DNA of 64,000 nucleotides from a virus. Shown piece after piece: positions 46,488 to 57,026 of this stretch. How positions within the stretch are numbered: the first letter of the stretch is position 1; every line of letters begins with the position of its first letter. The notes beneath the pieces are model-generated. The model was not told the origin of the DNA, searched no databases, and saw only the letters and a list, made by a program, of their open reading frames with translations. Position numbers and translations under genes: made by a program. The stretch lies in IMG/VR virus record IMGVR_UViG_3300044800_000286; one strand, 5' to 3'.

Positions 46488-47185
46488 TTAGGCCCGTTCT
46501 TGGAATCGGTCAACGATGGGCGTGTTGCCGAACAGCGGCTTCTTGCCGCTGCGCGAGTCGGCGATCTGCCGTGCAAAGCTGCGGTAGTGCATGTCGTGAA
46601 TCTGCTTCTGGCTGCCGCGAAGTTCGCCGTCGGCGTAATAGCCTTCGGGGCAGTCGTTACGGAGTTCGGTGACGCGGCGCTCGATCTCGGCGTGGTCGGG
46701 GTTGCGGGGGCCGATTACAATGGTGGCGTCGGCGGCGGCGTTGGCTTCACGAGCCTTGTCGAGGCTGGCGTCGGTCGGCTTGCCGCCCATGGCGACTAGG
46801 ACGGTGTAAGCGGGGAACTTGTAACATTTGCCGGACGGGTTGGAAGCGAGCACTGGAGCCTTGCGTGCCCTAGTGTTGAGTCCGACGATCCTGTAGGTGG
46901 TGCTATTGTGCTGGAAGGTCTTGTCGAGCCACTCGGGTTTCAGGTCGTGCAGGTCGGCAAGCTCCGTGTAGGCGGCGCGCTCTTTGCTGATGGCCGTGCC
47001 GTCAGCGGACTTGGTTGCAAGTTTGAGATCGAAGGTGACGTAGGTAGTGCTGAATCGGGCGTTGCCGAGTTCGGCTGCGATGCCGTACTCAGCGGCGAAG
47101 GCTGCGAGAGGGGCTGCGAGAGCAGCTTCAAGTTTGGGCGCATCAGGTGGATGGTGGTGCGGTCGAACTGCTTTAAGGTGGCCAT
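46488..47185 (-). CDS. Conserved phage protein split by a -1 frameshift at 47132-47138
   Basis: MATLKQFDR...MRP then -1 frame LEAALAA...YRIVGLNTRARKAPVL...GKCYKF. Confidence 0.65.
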
Positions 47186-47240
47186 GCCCCTAGTATACAC
47201 GGGCCGGGGGATTTTCACTGCTTCTAAGTTGTTGATTCTA

Positions 47241-47861
47241 TTACTGTTCGTTGGGATTATGCCAAGTCCCGTCCGCCCACGACGTAAACACTGCTACCGA
47301 GTTTTCGGCAACGGCGCTTTTGAAAACCTGCGACGCTTCCGAAAGGAGGCCGAGGAATTCCACATCGCCGGAGACCGGAGCGAAGAAGGCTATGAAGCTG
47401 GCCGTCGCCGTGCCATCGGAATCGGTAAGCGTCGCAGCGCCGATGCAGCGTTTGGCCGGATAGAAACGCAGGCCCAAGGTTACGGTAGTGCCGTTGCTGG
47501 TCTTGTAGCTGAACTCGGCGTAAAAGAGTCCACCGGAATCCACGGTGTCCCGCCCGACGAGGATGTAGCTGAAAGCGAACACCTGCGGTGCGCCGAGGTC
47601 CGCCACGGAGCCCTGCCCGGCATAAATCTTGTCGAAGACGATATCGATCTTGCCGTCCGTGACTTCGAGCGTCCCGCTCAAGCCGAGGCCAGTCCGCGTA
47701 TTGATGGCGGCGAGCCCGTAGCTTCCGGAGAATTCTTGCAGCATGGGCTTGGCTTGCTTGAGATCGGTGACGCGATTTGCCGAGACGGGATAGCGAGGGG
47801 CTTGGGCAAAGCAGGGAACCGCCAAGGCAGCCAGCAAGAGAAACGATGCGAGAAATTTCAT
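47241..47861 (-). CDS. Secreted/periplasmic protein
   Basis: Signal peptide MKFLASFLLLAALAVPCFA; GGAGG RBS. Confidence 0.75.
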   Translation of the reverse strand: MKFLASFLLLAALAVPCFAQAPRYPVSANRVTDLKQAKPMLQEFSGSYGLAAINTRTGLGLSGTLEVTDGKIDIVFDKIYAGQGSVADLGAPQVFAFSYILVGRDTVDSGGLFYAEFSYKTSNGTTVTLGLRFYPAKRCIGAATLTDSDGTATASFIAFFAPVSGDVEFLGLLSEASQVFKSAVAENSVAVFTSWADGTWHNPNEQ

Positions 47862-47944
47862 GTGGACCTCCGTAGTCCGTTTAGGGTAATACTCAGGAGG
47901 TCCGAAGTTGGAAAATCGGGAAGCCGTTAAAGAACAGCTTCATC

Positions 47945-50725
47945 CTACAACTTCTTCATGTCAATGATGGAGTCTACCCACCAACGCGACAGTTTTCTGC
48001 GGTTGCGGGCGAGAAAGCTGCGAAATCCAGCATCAAGAATCCAGATGTGGGCTTTATCTGTTTTTGAACGCACCACGCGGCCCGTCATTTGAATCAGCTT
48101 GAGACCCGCCAACCATTGATACCAGTCGGGGTCTTTTTGCATTCGGGCACGAATATAAGGTGTGAGGGGGGCGAAGGGGATTTTTACGACAATGCAGAAA
48201 CGTGCCAAGTCTTCTTTCAGGTCCAAGCCTTCCGACATTGAGGGCGAGAACAAAACTGTGGGGCTATCCATATCGGCATAATGCTGCTCCACGGCAGCCT
48301 CACGACTGCCTTTCACGCCACTGCTGTGCGTCAATACACGATCAGCTTGAGCGGTCGTGCCGAGATAATCCACAAGATACTTGTTGGTACGGAAGCTTTG
48401 GCAGTGCACTAGGCCCTTGTACTTGCCGTAGCGAGTCATAAGGGCTTCGACTTTCTTGGCCATCAGGGGCAGGGTCCTGTCGATGTTCTTGTAGCTCATG
48501 TCGCCCACTTCGTCGAAGAATATCGGGCGGTTCTCAACAGGAAACTCGCTGTCCATAGCGAGGACTTCCGCGTCGGCGGGGTCGATGCCGAGGTTGCGCA
48601 TAAAAGTTTCGAAGTCCAAAATCGTGGCTGACATAATTAAAATCTTGCTCGCCTTACAGAAGAGAATCTGATCGGCGAACAGCCGGGCGGTGAGCGGCTT
48701 GATAATGAGATCACCTGTGCCCCTCTTCTTGTTCTCGTCCCAATCACTGTAGGCGAACCATTCCTCCGGCTGCTCGGCGTTGGTAAACAGGGCGATGCGG
48801 CTTAGGAACTTGTCAGTAGCGTTGATCTTTTTGGCAACCTTGGATTTCTGCTCGCTATCTCCGGCGTCACGAGCCTTCTGGAGATCGGTACGATACTGGC
48901 GGTATTTTACCTGTGTGGCGGGGACGAAGATGTTATTGAGCCATTCGCACACGTGAGCGGTATCGCCCTCGTGGAAAAGCGGCAGCCGCCCCGCCTCGTG
49001 TTCGTCGCATTTCTTCTGCGTGATGTTGGTGTCGGTGAAGCCGAGGATCAAATCTTCCGTGCCGTGGGCTTCATCCAAAATCAATAATGTGCGGTCGGGA
49101 AGCTGGTGCGCTGTCGTGGTCTCAGCAAGATAGTATGCGAAATTCGTCACAGAGAGGGGGCTGCCGATGAAGCGGGCCTTGGCTGGCTTGTACCCGTGGC
49201 AGGTCTCGTGGTTGTGCATGTCCTCGAACACGAGGCTGGCGGACTCGCAGTCCATGTCGAACTCAGGGCAATAGTAATTCGCCTGACCCCGGAGTTCCAC
49301 GAGACCGTTCTTCTCAAAGTCACCCATCAATTGCTCCGTGAGGACTTTTTGCGGGGAGAGATAATACGCCCCCGGCTCATAAGCGCCATAAGTGGGAAGG
49401 GTCTTCGCATAGGAGCCAGCGGCGATGCCTATACCAGAATTATGTACTACTGTGAAATCGCCGAGAAGGAAGCGACCGTTGCCGTCTACAAAAAAGCCGA
49501 AATACTCGCCTCGCCCCGCTGGCAACACCTTGATGCCCGTGACAAGTGGGTCTTTCTTTTGTTGCCGAGGAGGACTCTGTTTACGTTGGAGAATAGACGG
49601 GATACTTTCAATCCCCACCCCAGAGGATACTGAAATTCTCCAATACTTTCCGACGACTGGACCGTCTTTGGCGTTTGTGCAAGTCTTCTTGCACGGTTTC
49701 ATATAAGCGGCAAAACCCAAGGAACGACAAAGATAGGCCACATCCTCGGCAAGTTGTTTGATTTTAAAAATAAACCCATACCCACCATGAACTATGTGAT
49801 GCCCATCAGAGTCAATAAGCCCAGCAAAAACACGCATGCGAGTCTCACGGGAATTACATTTATAAGATTGCGGGATATGCTTGTTGTTCAAAAGATCGAG
49901 ATCACGCAACATACTAAGCAGGGGATTTTTCTTGCGGCTTTTTGGATCACCGCCGCGCTCCCCGGTAGTTAATGAAAATGTGTAAGCGTTGTTATGAAAG
50001 TATGAGTTGACCTCCAACCCGAGAACGCTAGCGTAGCCGGACAAAAATCCACTGATCTCAACGTCCGAACTTGTAACTTCGGGGCGGTCACTTGTACCAT
50101 CACCCAGCCACAACCCCAAAAAGTACGGATCAACAGTAGTGGGTTGCCACGGGAACGATACTTCCGTACGAAACCCCTTCAAAAGATGTTTCTGTGTCTT
50201 AGATAAAGAACGATAATCCTCCAACGGAATATCCGCAACCGTATTCGATACTGCTTTGATCCCTAACTTGCGAAATTGTGGCACTTGGGATTTAGTGTAA
50301 ATTCCCTTGGTCTTGGTACCCCCCGTGAATTTCAGGCTAAGAATGTGCTGGGAATTGACTGTGTATTTGTCCCCCTTGATCGGAACTACATCGTACATTT
50401 CATCAAAGCCGTGAGACAAAGAAAGTACTCGTCGGGGCGTCGAATCGTTGCCCATGAGCAAGTCCCCAATGCGTACATCTTGCACTTTTTTGATTGTACC
50501 GTCGTACATTAAAACAAGAGTATCAAGACAAAAACACTTGCCCCCTCCGGTCGGAATTTCAAGGATGCAAAACTTCTTTGGACCGAGCAGCCAATGACTT
50601 ACAAGCTTTAATGCTTGTTCCTGCACTGGACGAATCTCCTCAAATGGAAAATGATCCGTGATGGTGCGGGACATCTCGCGGGTCAGATTCACCGACGCTG
50701 GCGCTGCTGCGGTTTCTTCGCTCAT
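47945..50725 (-). CDS. DinG/XPD-family helicase, intein-containing
   Basis: PTGGGK|SG, DEAH, MSAT, EGLD, QMTGRVVR; Cys cluster. Confidence 0.9.
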   Translation of the reverse strand: MSEETAAAPASVNLTREMSRTITDHFPFEEIRPVQEQALKLVSHWLLGPKKFCILEIPTGGGKCFCLDTLVLMYDGTIKKVQDVRIGDLLMGNDSTPRRVLSLSHGFDEMYDVVPIKGDKYTVNSQHILSLKFTGGTKTKGIYTKSQVPQFRKLGIKAVSNTVADIPLEDYRSLSKTQKHLLKGFRTEVSFPWQPTTVDPYFLGLWLGDGTSDRPEVTSSDVEISGFLSGYASVLGLEVNSYFHNNAYTFSLTTGERGGDPKSRKKNPLLSMLRDLDLLNNKHIPQSYKCNSRETRMRVFAGLIDSDGHHIVHGGYGFIFKIKQLAEDVAYLCRSLGFAAYMKPCKKTCTNAKDGPVVGKYWRISVSSGVGIESIPSILQRKQSPPRQQKKDPLVTGIKVLPAGRGEYFGFFVDGNGRFLLGDFTVVHNSGIGIAAGSYAKTLPTYGAYEPGAYYLSPQKVLTEQLMGDFEKNGLVELRGQANYYCPEFDMDCESASLVFEDMHNHETCHGYKPAKARFIGSPLSVTNFAYYLAETTTAHQLPDRTLLILDEAHGTEDLILGFTDTNITQKKCDEHEAGRLPLFHEGDTAHVCEWLNNIFVPATQVKYRQYRTDLQKARDAGDSEQKSKVAKKINATDKFLSRIALFTNAEQPEEWFAYSDWDENKKRGTGDLIIKPLTARLFADQILFCKASKILIMSATILDFETFMRNLGIDPADAEVLAMDSEFPVENRPIFFDEVGDMSYKNIDRTLPLMAKKVEALMTRYGKYKGLVHCQSFRTNKYLVDYLGTTAQADRVLTHSSGVKGSREAAVEQHYADMDSPTVLFSPSMSEGLDLKEDLARFCIVVKIPFAPLTPYIRARMQKDPDWYQWLAGLKLIQMTGRVVRSKTDKAHIWILDAGFRSFLARNRRKLSRWWVDSIIDMKKL
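49439..50536 (-). mobile_element. Intein (366 aa, LAGLIDADG) in helicase Walker A
   Basis: CFCLDTLV...LLGDFTVVHN|S; GLWLGDG, AGLIDSDG. Confidence 0.92.
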
Positions 50726-50835
50726 GTCCTTAGTATACGGCAGACCGGGAGATTTTGCTACTTTTAAGCTGTTTAAAACAAACAACTTGCATGCATTTTA
50801 TGGCCGAAAAGTCACCAATTGCACATAGCCTAATA

Positions 50836-51180
50836 CTACTTCTTGGCGGAGTTCAAGTATGAAGTCAAGACGTTCTCATTGTTGACCCAGCAACGGGTGT
50901 GGTACCCAGCTTGAACGAGTTGCTGGACGGCGAATGCCCACACGGCAGGATGCCAGAAGTGAGAGACAAAGAATGCGGCTCCGATTTCAGCCACGATGAG
51001 GACGGCACCCGTCGCCCACATGCGGGCGGGAGTCGGATCGTCCGACCCGAAGAAGAACACCATGACGGGGTCGCTCTCGACCAGCTCGCCCTTGCTTTTT
51101 GTCAAGAAGTCTACAGTGCTCTTCCCGTCGAGGGCGGCACCGATGGCGAGCAAGGCTGATGTGATGAAAAGGGGGTCCAT
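50836..51180 (-). CDS. Membrane protein
   Basis: 2-3 hydrophobic segments; GGAG RBS. Confidence 0.6.
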   Translation of the reverse strand: MDPLFITSALLAIGAALDGKSTVDFLTKSKGELVESDPVMVFFFGSDDPTPARMWATGAVLIVAEIGAAFFVSHFWHPAVWAFAVQQLVQAGYHTRCWVNNENVLTSYLNSAKK

Positions 51181-51189
51181 GGTTCTCCC

Positions 51190-53679
51190 CTAGCGTATGA
51201 ACAAAATCACGGGCTTCGCCGACGATGGTGGTGGCGGCGGGGGTGGCGGCGGGGGCGTTGGGCTACTCGCCACAAAGTTCCCAGCGCTCCATGCCGTAAT
51301 CGAAGCGTTCGACAGAGAGCCTTCTGGGATCACGAGAATGCCGGGAGCGCCAGAAGCCATGCCGGAATCGGACACGACACCCAAAAGCAAATCGTTCCAG
51401 TAAAGCATTATGCCGGTGCCGATGACGACGCCGGTCAGGGTATCGCCAGTGTTCAACGTTGCGCTGCCTGTTGCCAAGGACGAGGACGAACCGTTGAGAA
51501 ACTTCTGAATAGTCCAAGTTCCGCCTGATCCCGTGCTGCCATTCCAGTAAAGGCGATATGCGGTTTGCGCCGTGTATAGGGGATTGAACCCGGAGCGCAA
51601 AATGCCGCCGACATAGGAACTGGAAGAACAGGCACCGACAGTTATCCGGAACCATTGGTCGTCATTCCAAGTGAGAGCGCCCCAGTAAGAATCGGCATTG
51701 TCCCCCAGAACGGCCGACCGGTATGTGTTGCTTGCGGTTGTTCCCGCGCAATAGTTGCCGCTGGAAACTACTCGCTGGACCCAACTGCCGCTCAATGCGC
51801 CGCTAAAGTTGTCCGATGCCAAGGTATTGAAGTTGAATTCCGGTTCGCCAACGATGGGAACGTTCAGGACGCCTTGGTTGCCGGCGAACAACAAAGCGGG
51901 AGTTGTTGAATACGCAACGGCCAAATTAACGTTGTACGTAGCTCCATTGCCCGTCCCAGCGGTATAAAACAGATACACGTTGCCGAGAGCCGACATGATG
52001 CATGGATCGGCAACTTGACCGTTTAGGCTACCAACGCCTTCATCCGCCACGGTCCGATAGTAAGGGAAGAAGCCAAGAGCAGTCCAAGGACCCGCCGGGC
52101 TCGTGGCGCTCCACATCATCAGGTCATTGGGAAGCTGTGGGACGGCGGCGGGAAAGGAATTCGGAACTACTTGGCCATAAGCGTAATACTTGCCTCCGAC
52201 CGCGATGAAGCCAAGAGCGGAAGCGCCGTTCCACGTCTGGCCGTTCGCCAGCGTGCCTCCATCGAAAGCAGCAACAGGATTGCCTCCGTCTTTCGACCAA
52301 TCGATCAAGTCAGTCGAAGTTACCAGCCCTTGGTAATACTCCACGGTGGATGCGCTCGTAGTCTGGGCACCCCAATAGTATCCATACCAAGTTCCGCTCG
52401 CGATCCCAGCAACATTGAGTTGTCCGACACCGGCGGAATCGAACCCCGATACTCCCAAGGCAACGGCATTTGCGTTCTGGAGAGCCCAAGACAAGCCGTC
52501 CGAGCATGTATAAACCTTGATCGGAACCCCATAAAGGGCGGAGGTGCAATACAAATAGTACGTGATCCCAACCTTGACAACACGCGGTCCGAAAGCGCCG
52601 CCAGTAGCTCCCGGCAACGTGATGGGATTGCCGCTGTATTGGCTCCAAGTTAGGCCATCCGCCGATTCGGCGTAATAAAGCTTGGTGGTTCCCGAACTCT
52701 CGTACCACATCTTGAAAATCCTGCCATCCGGATTAGCCGGCAGGATTCGTGGATTGATGTCATAAATAACGGTAGGCTGCTCCGGCTGGAATGCGCCGGA
52801 AGCACCGATCACCGCCCCTTTGTTCGTCCACCAATTGAAGTTGGGCGTGAAACAGATGTTGTACACGCTGTCGTTGAGGATCGTTATGGTCCGGTTGGCT
52901 GGATTGAATGTCACTCCAGGCGATGTCGGAGTAACCGTATAAGTTCCGTTCGCCAAGCTGGGAATGGAATAGCTTCCGTCGCTTGCCGCAGTCGTTGAGC
53001 CCAATGCCGTTCCCGTCCAAGAAACGGCAGCTCCCGAGACCCCGGCATTGCCCCAGATGGCCTGGGTGACTGCCACGGCTGGAAGAGAGACGATAGCGGC
53101 GGCATACTGGTTGGCAGCGCTGCCGGGGCAGAAATAGTTTTTCTTGCTGCTGACGATCTGGTAATAGCTGTCGTAGTAGCTGGCGTTGGAAGTAGGCCCA
53201 GCGGTCCAGCCGGTCGGAGTGCTTTGGGCGGCGTTGTTGCAAATAAACGCGGCAACCAGAGCTTCATTGGCTTGCGTCACGGCGAGAGCGGGAGTGGTCG
53301 GGATGTCATTGCCGGAATTTCCGCCCGACAAGTCAAAGCCGGAAACGCCGCTGAACATCAAGCCGCCGACTGTCGGAGAGGAAACGGCTCCTGAAAAAGC
53401 AACCGTGAGCGTGAGAGCCCCGCCAGTAGCGATGGTGGAGACAAACAATGCGACATTGTATCCGCTGGGGGCGTACTGTATTGAGTTGGGCGCTAGAACC
53501 CAAGCGTTGTGCCCATCGGTAATCCCCGTGGGATAATAGGCGGCTGTATTCCAATACACGAAGGCGACAGCAACCCAACCGGCGGTCAGCGACGAATCGG
53601 TCGTAAAGCCGGTGAAGCTGGAAGTGGGGCCGCCCGTTGAGGCGATAGTGCCCAGGGAACCTTGATATTGGATAGGCAT
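51190..53679 (-). CDS. Virion/tail-associated protein with five-bladed beta-propeller glycoside-hydrolase-like domain
   Basis: YAESADGLTW...NP, TSTDLIDWSK..GNP and ADP motifs; Ig-like linker; lectin-like C-terminal domain; poly-Pro tail. Confidence 0.65.
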   Translation of the reverse strand: MPIQYQGSLGTIASTGGPTSSFTGFTTDSSLTAGWVAVAFVYWNTAAYYPTGITDGHNAWVLAPNSIQYAPSGYNVALFVSTIATGGALTLTVAFSGAVSSPTVGGLMFSGVSGFDLSGGNSGNDIPTTPALAVTQANEALVAAFICNNAAQSTPTGWTAGPTSNASYYDSYYQIVSSKKNYFCPGSAANQYAAAIVSLPAVAVTQAIWGNAGVSGAAVSWTGTALGSTTAASDGSYSIPSLANGTYTVTPTSPGVTFNPANRTITILNDSVYNICFTPNFNWWTNKGAVIGASGAFQPEQPTVIYDINPRILPANPDGRIFKMWYESSGTTKLYYAESADGLTWSQYSGNPITLPGATGGAFGPRVVKVGITYYLYCTSALYGVPIKVYTCSDGLSWALQNANAVALGVSGFDSAGVGQLNVAGIASGTWYGYYWGAQTTSASTVEYYQGLVTSTDLIDWSKDGGNPVAAFDGGTLANGQTWNGASALGFIAVGGKYYAYGQVVPNSFPAAVPQLPNDLMMWSATSPAGPWTALGFFPYYRTVADEGVGSLNGQVADPCIMSALGNVYLFYTAGTGNGATYNVNLAVAYSTTPALLFAGNQGVLNVPIVGEPEFNFNTLASDNFSGALSGSWVQRVVSSGNYCAGTTASNTYRSAVLGDNADSYWGALTWNDDQWFRITVGACSSSSYVGGILRSGFNPLYTAQTAYRLYWNGSTGSGGTWTIQKFLNGSSSSLATGSATLNTGDTLTGVVIGTGIMLYWNDLLLGVVSDSGMASGAPGILVIPEGSLSNASITAWSAGNFVASSPTPPPPPPPPPPSSAKPVILFIR

Positions 53680-53682
53680 CGG

Positions 53683-55344
53683 TTATCCGTTTCCTACTAG
53701 CGTCAAGCAAATATCCGCGAGCGTTGCGTCCGCCGTGCCCGGACCATCAACCTCAAGAATATCCGAAGCGCTGAAGCTGATCGCGGAGGCTTGCGTGTAC
53801 GTGCCCGTTTCCCCCGCCGGAGGACTGCCCGTTTCGCTCCCGAAGACGCATGTCGCAAACGGAACGCCGTTCTTGCTGAACGAGAAGGTCGTGCCGAGGG
53901 TCGCTCCCGTGCCCGCGGTCGCGAGCGAGAGCGTGGCATTGATCGGGAAGGTCATCGGTATTCCGAGGGGTCCACGGAAAAGTATCTGGCTGTCCGTGCC
54001 GACGCCCGGAGCGAAGATGCACAGCGGTTTCGGGACCGCGGGCAATTCCAGCGTGATGGGATTCGTGCCGCCAACCGTGATCGAGGAGTTGGGAGAGGTG
54101 ATGGTCACGGAGCCGGTCTCGGTGTTGAGGCTGCTGACGCCGGCGCTTCCGCCGCCCGCGGGAACATTCCAAGTCCCGTCCGCCCTAAGAAAATATGTCG
54201 CCGCCTCGACGGCGGTGGAGGCGGGAACGAGACCTGCGACGCCGCTCGTCGGGGGGGAAGCCACGGCTCCGACGAAGGTCGGGACCGAACCCCATGCCGC
54301 TGCTGTTGGGCTTGACGCGACAAGAACTTTACCCGCCGAAGGCGCTGTAATGGAAATGACCACGCCGTTCAGATCGAGCGGACCTGTGATTCCGACGCTT
54401 CCCGCGGTGAGTCCTCCGGTGATACTCACAGTTGCATTAGCAGACCCGATGTTGATAACTTCTCCGGAATGAACAGTTCCAATGCCTATAGTGCCGGCGT
54501 CCAGATAGGCGGTGCCTGAAAGAGCCCTTATTGCTACCCCGTTTGCTCCCGTGGCGCTCGCGGAAATGATGATGCCGCCCACACCAGCGTTACTCTCCGT
54601 GATGTTGATGCCAGAGGTGGAGTTGTCGGCGATGTTGAGACCCAGGTTGGCGGAGTTCACCGTGGCTGGGAGAGTTACCGTGCCTGTGAAGGTCGGTGAA
54701 GCCGATGGTGCCGCCCCAAGATTGATAAGCGCCTGCGCTCCGGTTGTAGCTGCCGTGCCGCCCTGCCCGATCTGCGCGATGCCCGAGATGCGGGAGAAAT
54801 CGTTGAACCCGGCGATGAACAAGACCCCGACGGTCCCGCTGTTGTAGCTCAGGACGTACCCCACGGACTGCTCCGGGGCTGGAGGACTGAGGGGACGAGT
54901 AAGAGTGATCCCGCCCTTGTCAACGGCGGACAAGTAGACTTCCTGCCCGATGCTTGAAACGCTGAAGTCGCCATGCGTGTCGGCGTAGTAGAAGATGCCG
55001 GAAAAGGCAACGGTGACCGGGCTACCGATGCCAGCAGTCTGACTGACGAATCCGGAGGCCAGCACAGGATACGAGCCTGACGGCGGAGTACCTGTTGTGC
55101 CAGCATAAGCAAGCTGCACGTACAGTGTACTGCCCGACTCATAGAGGTTCACGAGGTTGCCGGAGAACAAAGCCTCGCCCGTTGTCGCCACGGTGCCCAG
55201 TTGCAGCAATGTAGAATCAACGACACCGTTTGAATTCAGGGCGACCGGAGCGCCCGGCACGCCTGGCCCGACAACCGCGGCATAGGCGACATCCACGAGG
55301 TTCGTGAGCGGGTTGAATACGCAAATCTGTGTTGGATTAGTCAT
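53683..55344 (-). CDS. Tail fibre-like structural protein
   Basis: G/T/S-rich; GGTAATT...A.INLG, SPTFTGTVT, FLRADGTW, VSSLN motifs. Confidence 0.7.
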   Translation of the reverse strand: MTNPTQICVFNPLTNLVDVAYAAVVGPGVPGAPVALNSNGVVDSTLLQLGTVATTGEALFSGNLVNLYESGSTLYVQLAYAGTTGTPPSGSYPVLASGFVSQTAGIGSPVTVAFSGIFYYADTHGDFSVSSIGQEVYLSAVDKGGITLTRPLSPPAPEQSVGYVLSYNSGTVGVLFIAGFNDFSRISGIAQIGQGGTAATTGAQALINLGAAPSASPTFTGTVTLPATVNSANLGLNIADNSTSGINITESNAGVGGIIISASATGANGVAIRALSGTAYLDAGTIGIGTVHSGEVINIGSANATVSITGGLTAGSVGITGPLDLNGVVISITAPSAGKVLVASSPTAAAWGSVPTFVGAVASPPTSGVAGLVPASTAVEAATYFLRADGTWNVPAGGGSAGVSSLNTETGSVTITSPNSSITVGGTNPITLELPAVPKPLCIFAPGVGTDSQILFRGPLGIPMTFPINATLSLATAGTGATLGTTFSFSKNGVPFATCVFGSETGSPPAGETGTYTQASAISFSASDILEVDGPGTADATLADICLTLVGNG

Positions 55345-57026
55345 CGTGTTCTCGCTGGCCACTGCATCCGCTTGTGCTTGAATTCCTTCAGTTCCGGGAA
55401 GTCGTTCTCGGCATCGGCATCGACCAGTTGGTTCGCCGGGTTCCGCGGCGTGCGGTCGAACTTCGGGGAGTTGCCCTGGTCCCAGAGGTTGGGGCTGCGG
55501 CTCTCCTGCTCGCCGGGCTCCATTACCTGGCCGCTGTTGTGGACAAACACGCCAGCGGACAAAGCAAAATTGTGATATTTGTCTACAGAGATGTCGTACA
55601 CGTCCGCCGTACCCCAATGCGTAACCGAAACCACCTTATGGTTCAAGAATGAAGAACACAGTCCGCATAGGGGGCTGACAGTGCTTCTTTTAACATGCCA
55701 GCGGTCCTGGTTAGTTCTCATCCTAACTTCATCCATGTGCTTGCGGTGATTCGGGTCACTCCAGACTCTTTTTGCTTTCTCTTTCATGCGAACCGAGCTT
55801 TGCTGCCTAAAATCAGCATCCTGCCATAGACTTTTCCACAACTTGCTTTGCCGCTCGCCCGACTTTCTCCCGCCTTCTTCGGACTTGTTCCAAGGTACGA
55901 GTTGCGTTTTGCCTCGTTCAGCGGCTCTTTTACGGTCTTCCTGAGAAAGATTGACTTTCGGTACTCGCTTAAAGGGTGTCGGCTTTCCCGCCCACTGAGC
56001 GTTGAGCCTTAGCATATTTTGCCCGCGCGCCATTCGGGCCTTCTCGGTGACAATTGAGCCCCCCAAGCTCTGATGCAGCTTCAAATGGTCTTCCCATTTT
56101 ATCAACATCAGATTGTCGGGAGAATTGTTGAACCTGTTCAAATCCTCGTGGTGGCGAACATAGCCCTTGGGACAGCGGGCTTCCGCAAAACGGTGCGTGA
56201 ATTTCCAAGAGTCGTCTCCCGGCTGATAGGTGGTTTGATACTTATTGCCTCCAGCTTCCAATGGAGCCGAATCTCGATACAACGGCATGAGAGAATCCCC
56301 GGTCTCAAGCAATTCAGCCGCTTTGTACTCACCGTTTCGCATCAAAAACGGATGGTTAGGGGTGCATTTTATAGTTTCGCCGTTATCCAATGTCACCGCC
56401 AGAACGGCTGCGTCCTTTAGGGTTAGACGAGCAGAATGCCCAAGCCCTGGCCTGAGCAGACCCCCATCATTGAGCGAGTAGACCCAAAATTTATTCCTTC
56501 CGACAAGATCGCTCATGGCGACCTCAGTTCCGTCTAGCAGCGGAACCTTAGTATCTCCCGTCAGACAAATGTCGTATCCGTAAGCCGTGACGCGCTTGCT
56601 GCTTTTCTTGATCGCGAGGGCGGTGAGCCCGTCAAGGATGCCGCCGATCTTCAGGAGCGAATACGATGCGTGGGCGGCTGCGGATTTGTAATTCTTTTCC
56701 GCGGCGTACCGCACCGCAGCCTCGAAATCGCGTTGCGCATTTTGCAGCATGCGGAACATGTCCGGGCGGTTCGGCACCTCTTTTGCGGCTTTTTCCAGCC
56801 CGAGGATAAGCTCCCGGAGATTCGGCTCGGTCTCCGCGAATAGCTGTTCGTCCGCGGGGTTGTCTTTCCAGAGAAGGAAGATATCATCGTAGACGCCCCG
56901 CAAGTAGCTGATCTCCCCCGGCCACATGGCGCTGGACTGGAGAAGCTCGCTCCGGAACCGTGGGGGGGTCTGGAGCGGGGCTAGCCCCGAGGCGGACAGC
57001 TTGGCGATGGAAAGGCGTACAGGCAT
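55341..57026 (-). CDS. Hypothetical protein with an HNH-type intein
   Basis: Helical extein; AYGYDI|C...HN|SGQ junctions. Confidence 0.75.
   Translation of the reverse strand: MPVRLSIAKLSASGLAPLQTPPRFRSELLQSSAMWPGEISYLRGVYDDIFLLWKDNPADEQLFAETEPNLRELILGLEKAAKEVPNRPDMFRMLQNAQRDFEAAVRYAAEKNYKSAAAHASYSLLKIGGILDGLTALAIKKSSKRVTAYGYDICLTGDTKVPLLDGTEVAMSDLVGRNKFWVYSLNDGGLLRPGLGHSARLTLKDAAVLAVTLDNGETIKCTPNHPFLMRNGEYKAAELLETGDSLMPLYRDSAPLEAGGNKYQTTYQPGDDSWKFTHRFAEARCPKGYVRHHEDLNRFNNSPDNLMLIKWEDHLKLHQSLGGSIVTEKARMARGQNMLRLNAQWAGKPTPFKRVPKVNLSQEDRKRAAERGKTQLVPWNKSEEGGRKSGERQSKLWKSLWQDADFRQQSSVRMKEKAKRVWSDPNHRKHMDEVRMRTNQDRWHVKRSTVSPLCGLCSSFLNHKVVSVTHWGTADVYDISVDKYHNFALSAGVFVHNSGQVMEPGEQESRSPNLWDQGNSPKFDRTPRNPANQLVDADAENDFPELKEFKHKRMQWPARTR
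55536..56567 (-). mobile_element. Intein (344 aa) with HNH endonuclease
   Basis: CLTGDTKV, TPNHPF, HHEDLNRFNNSPDNL, VYDISV...VFVHN|S. Confidence 0.92.
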
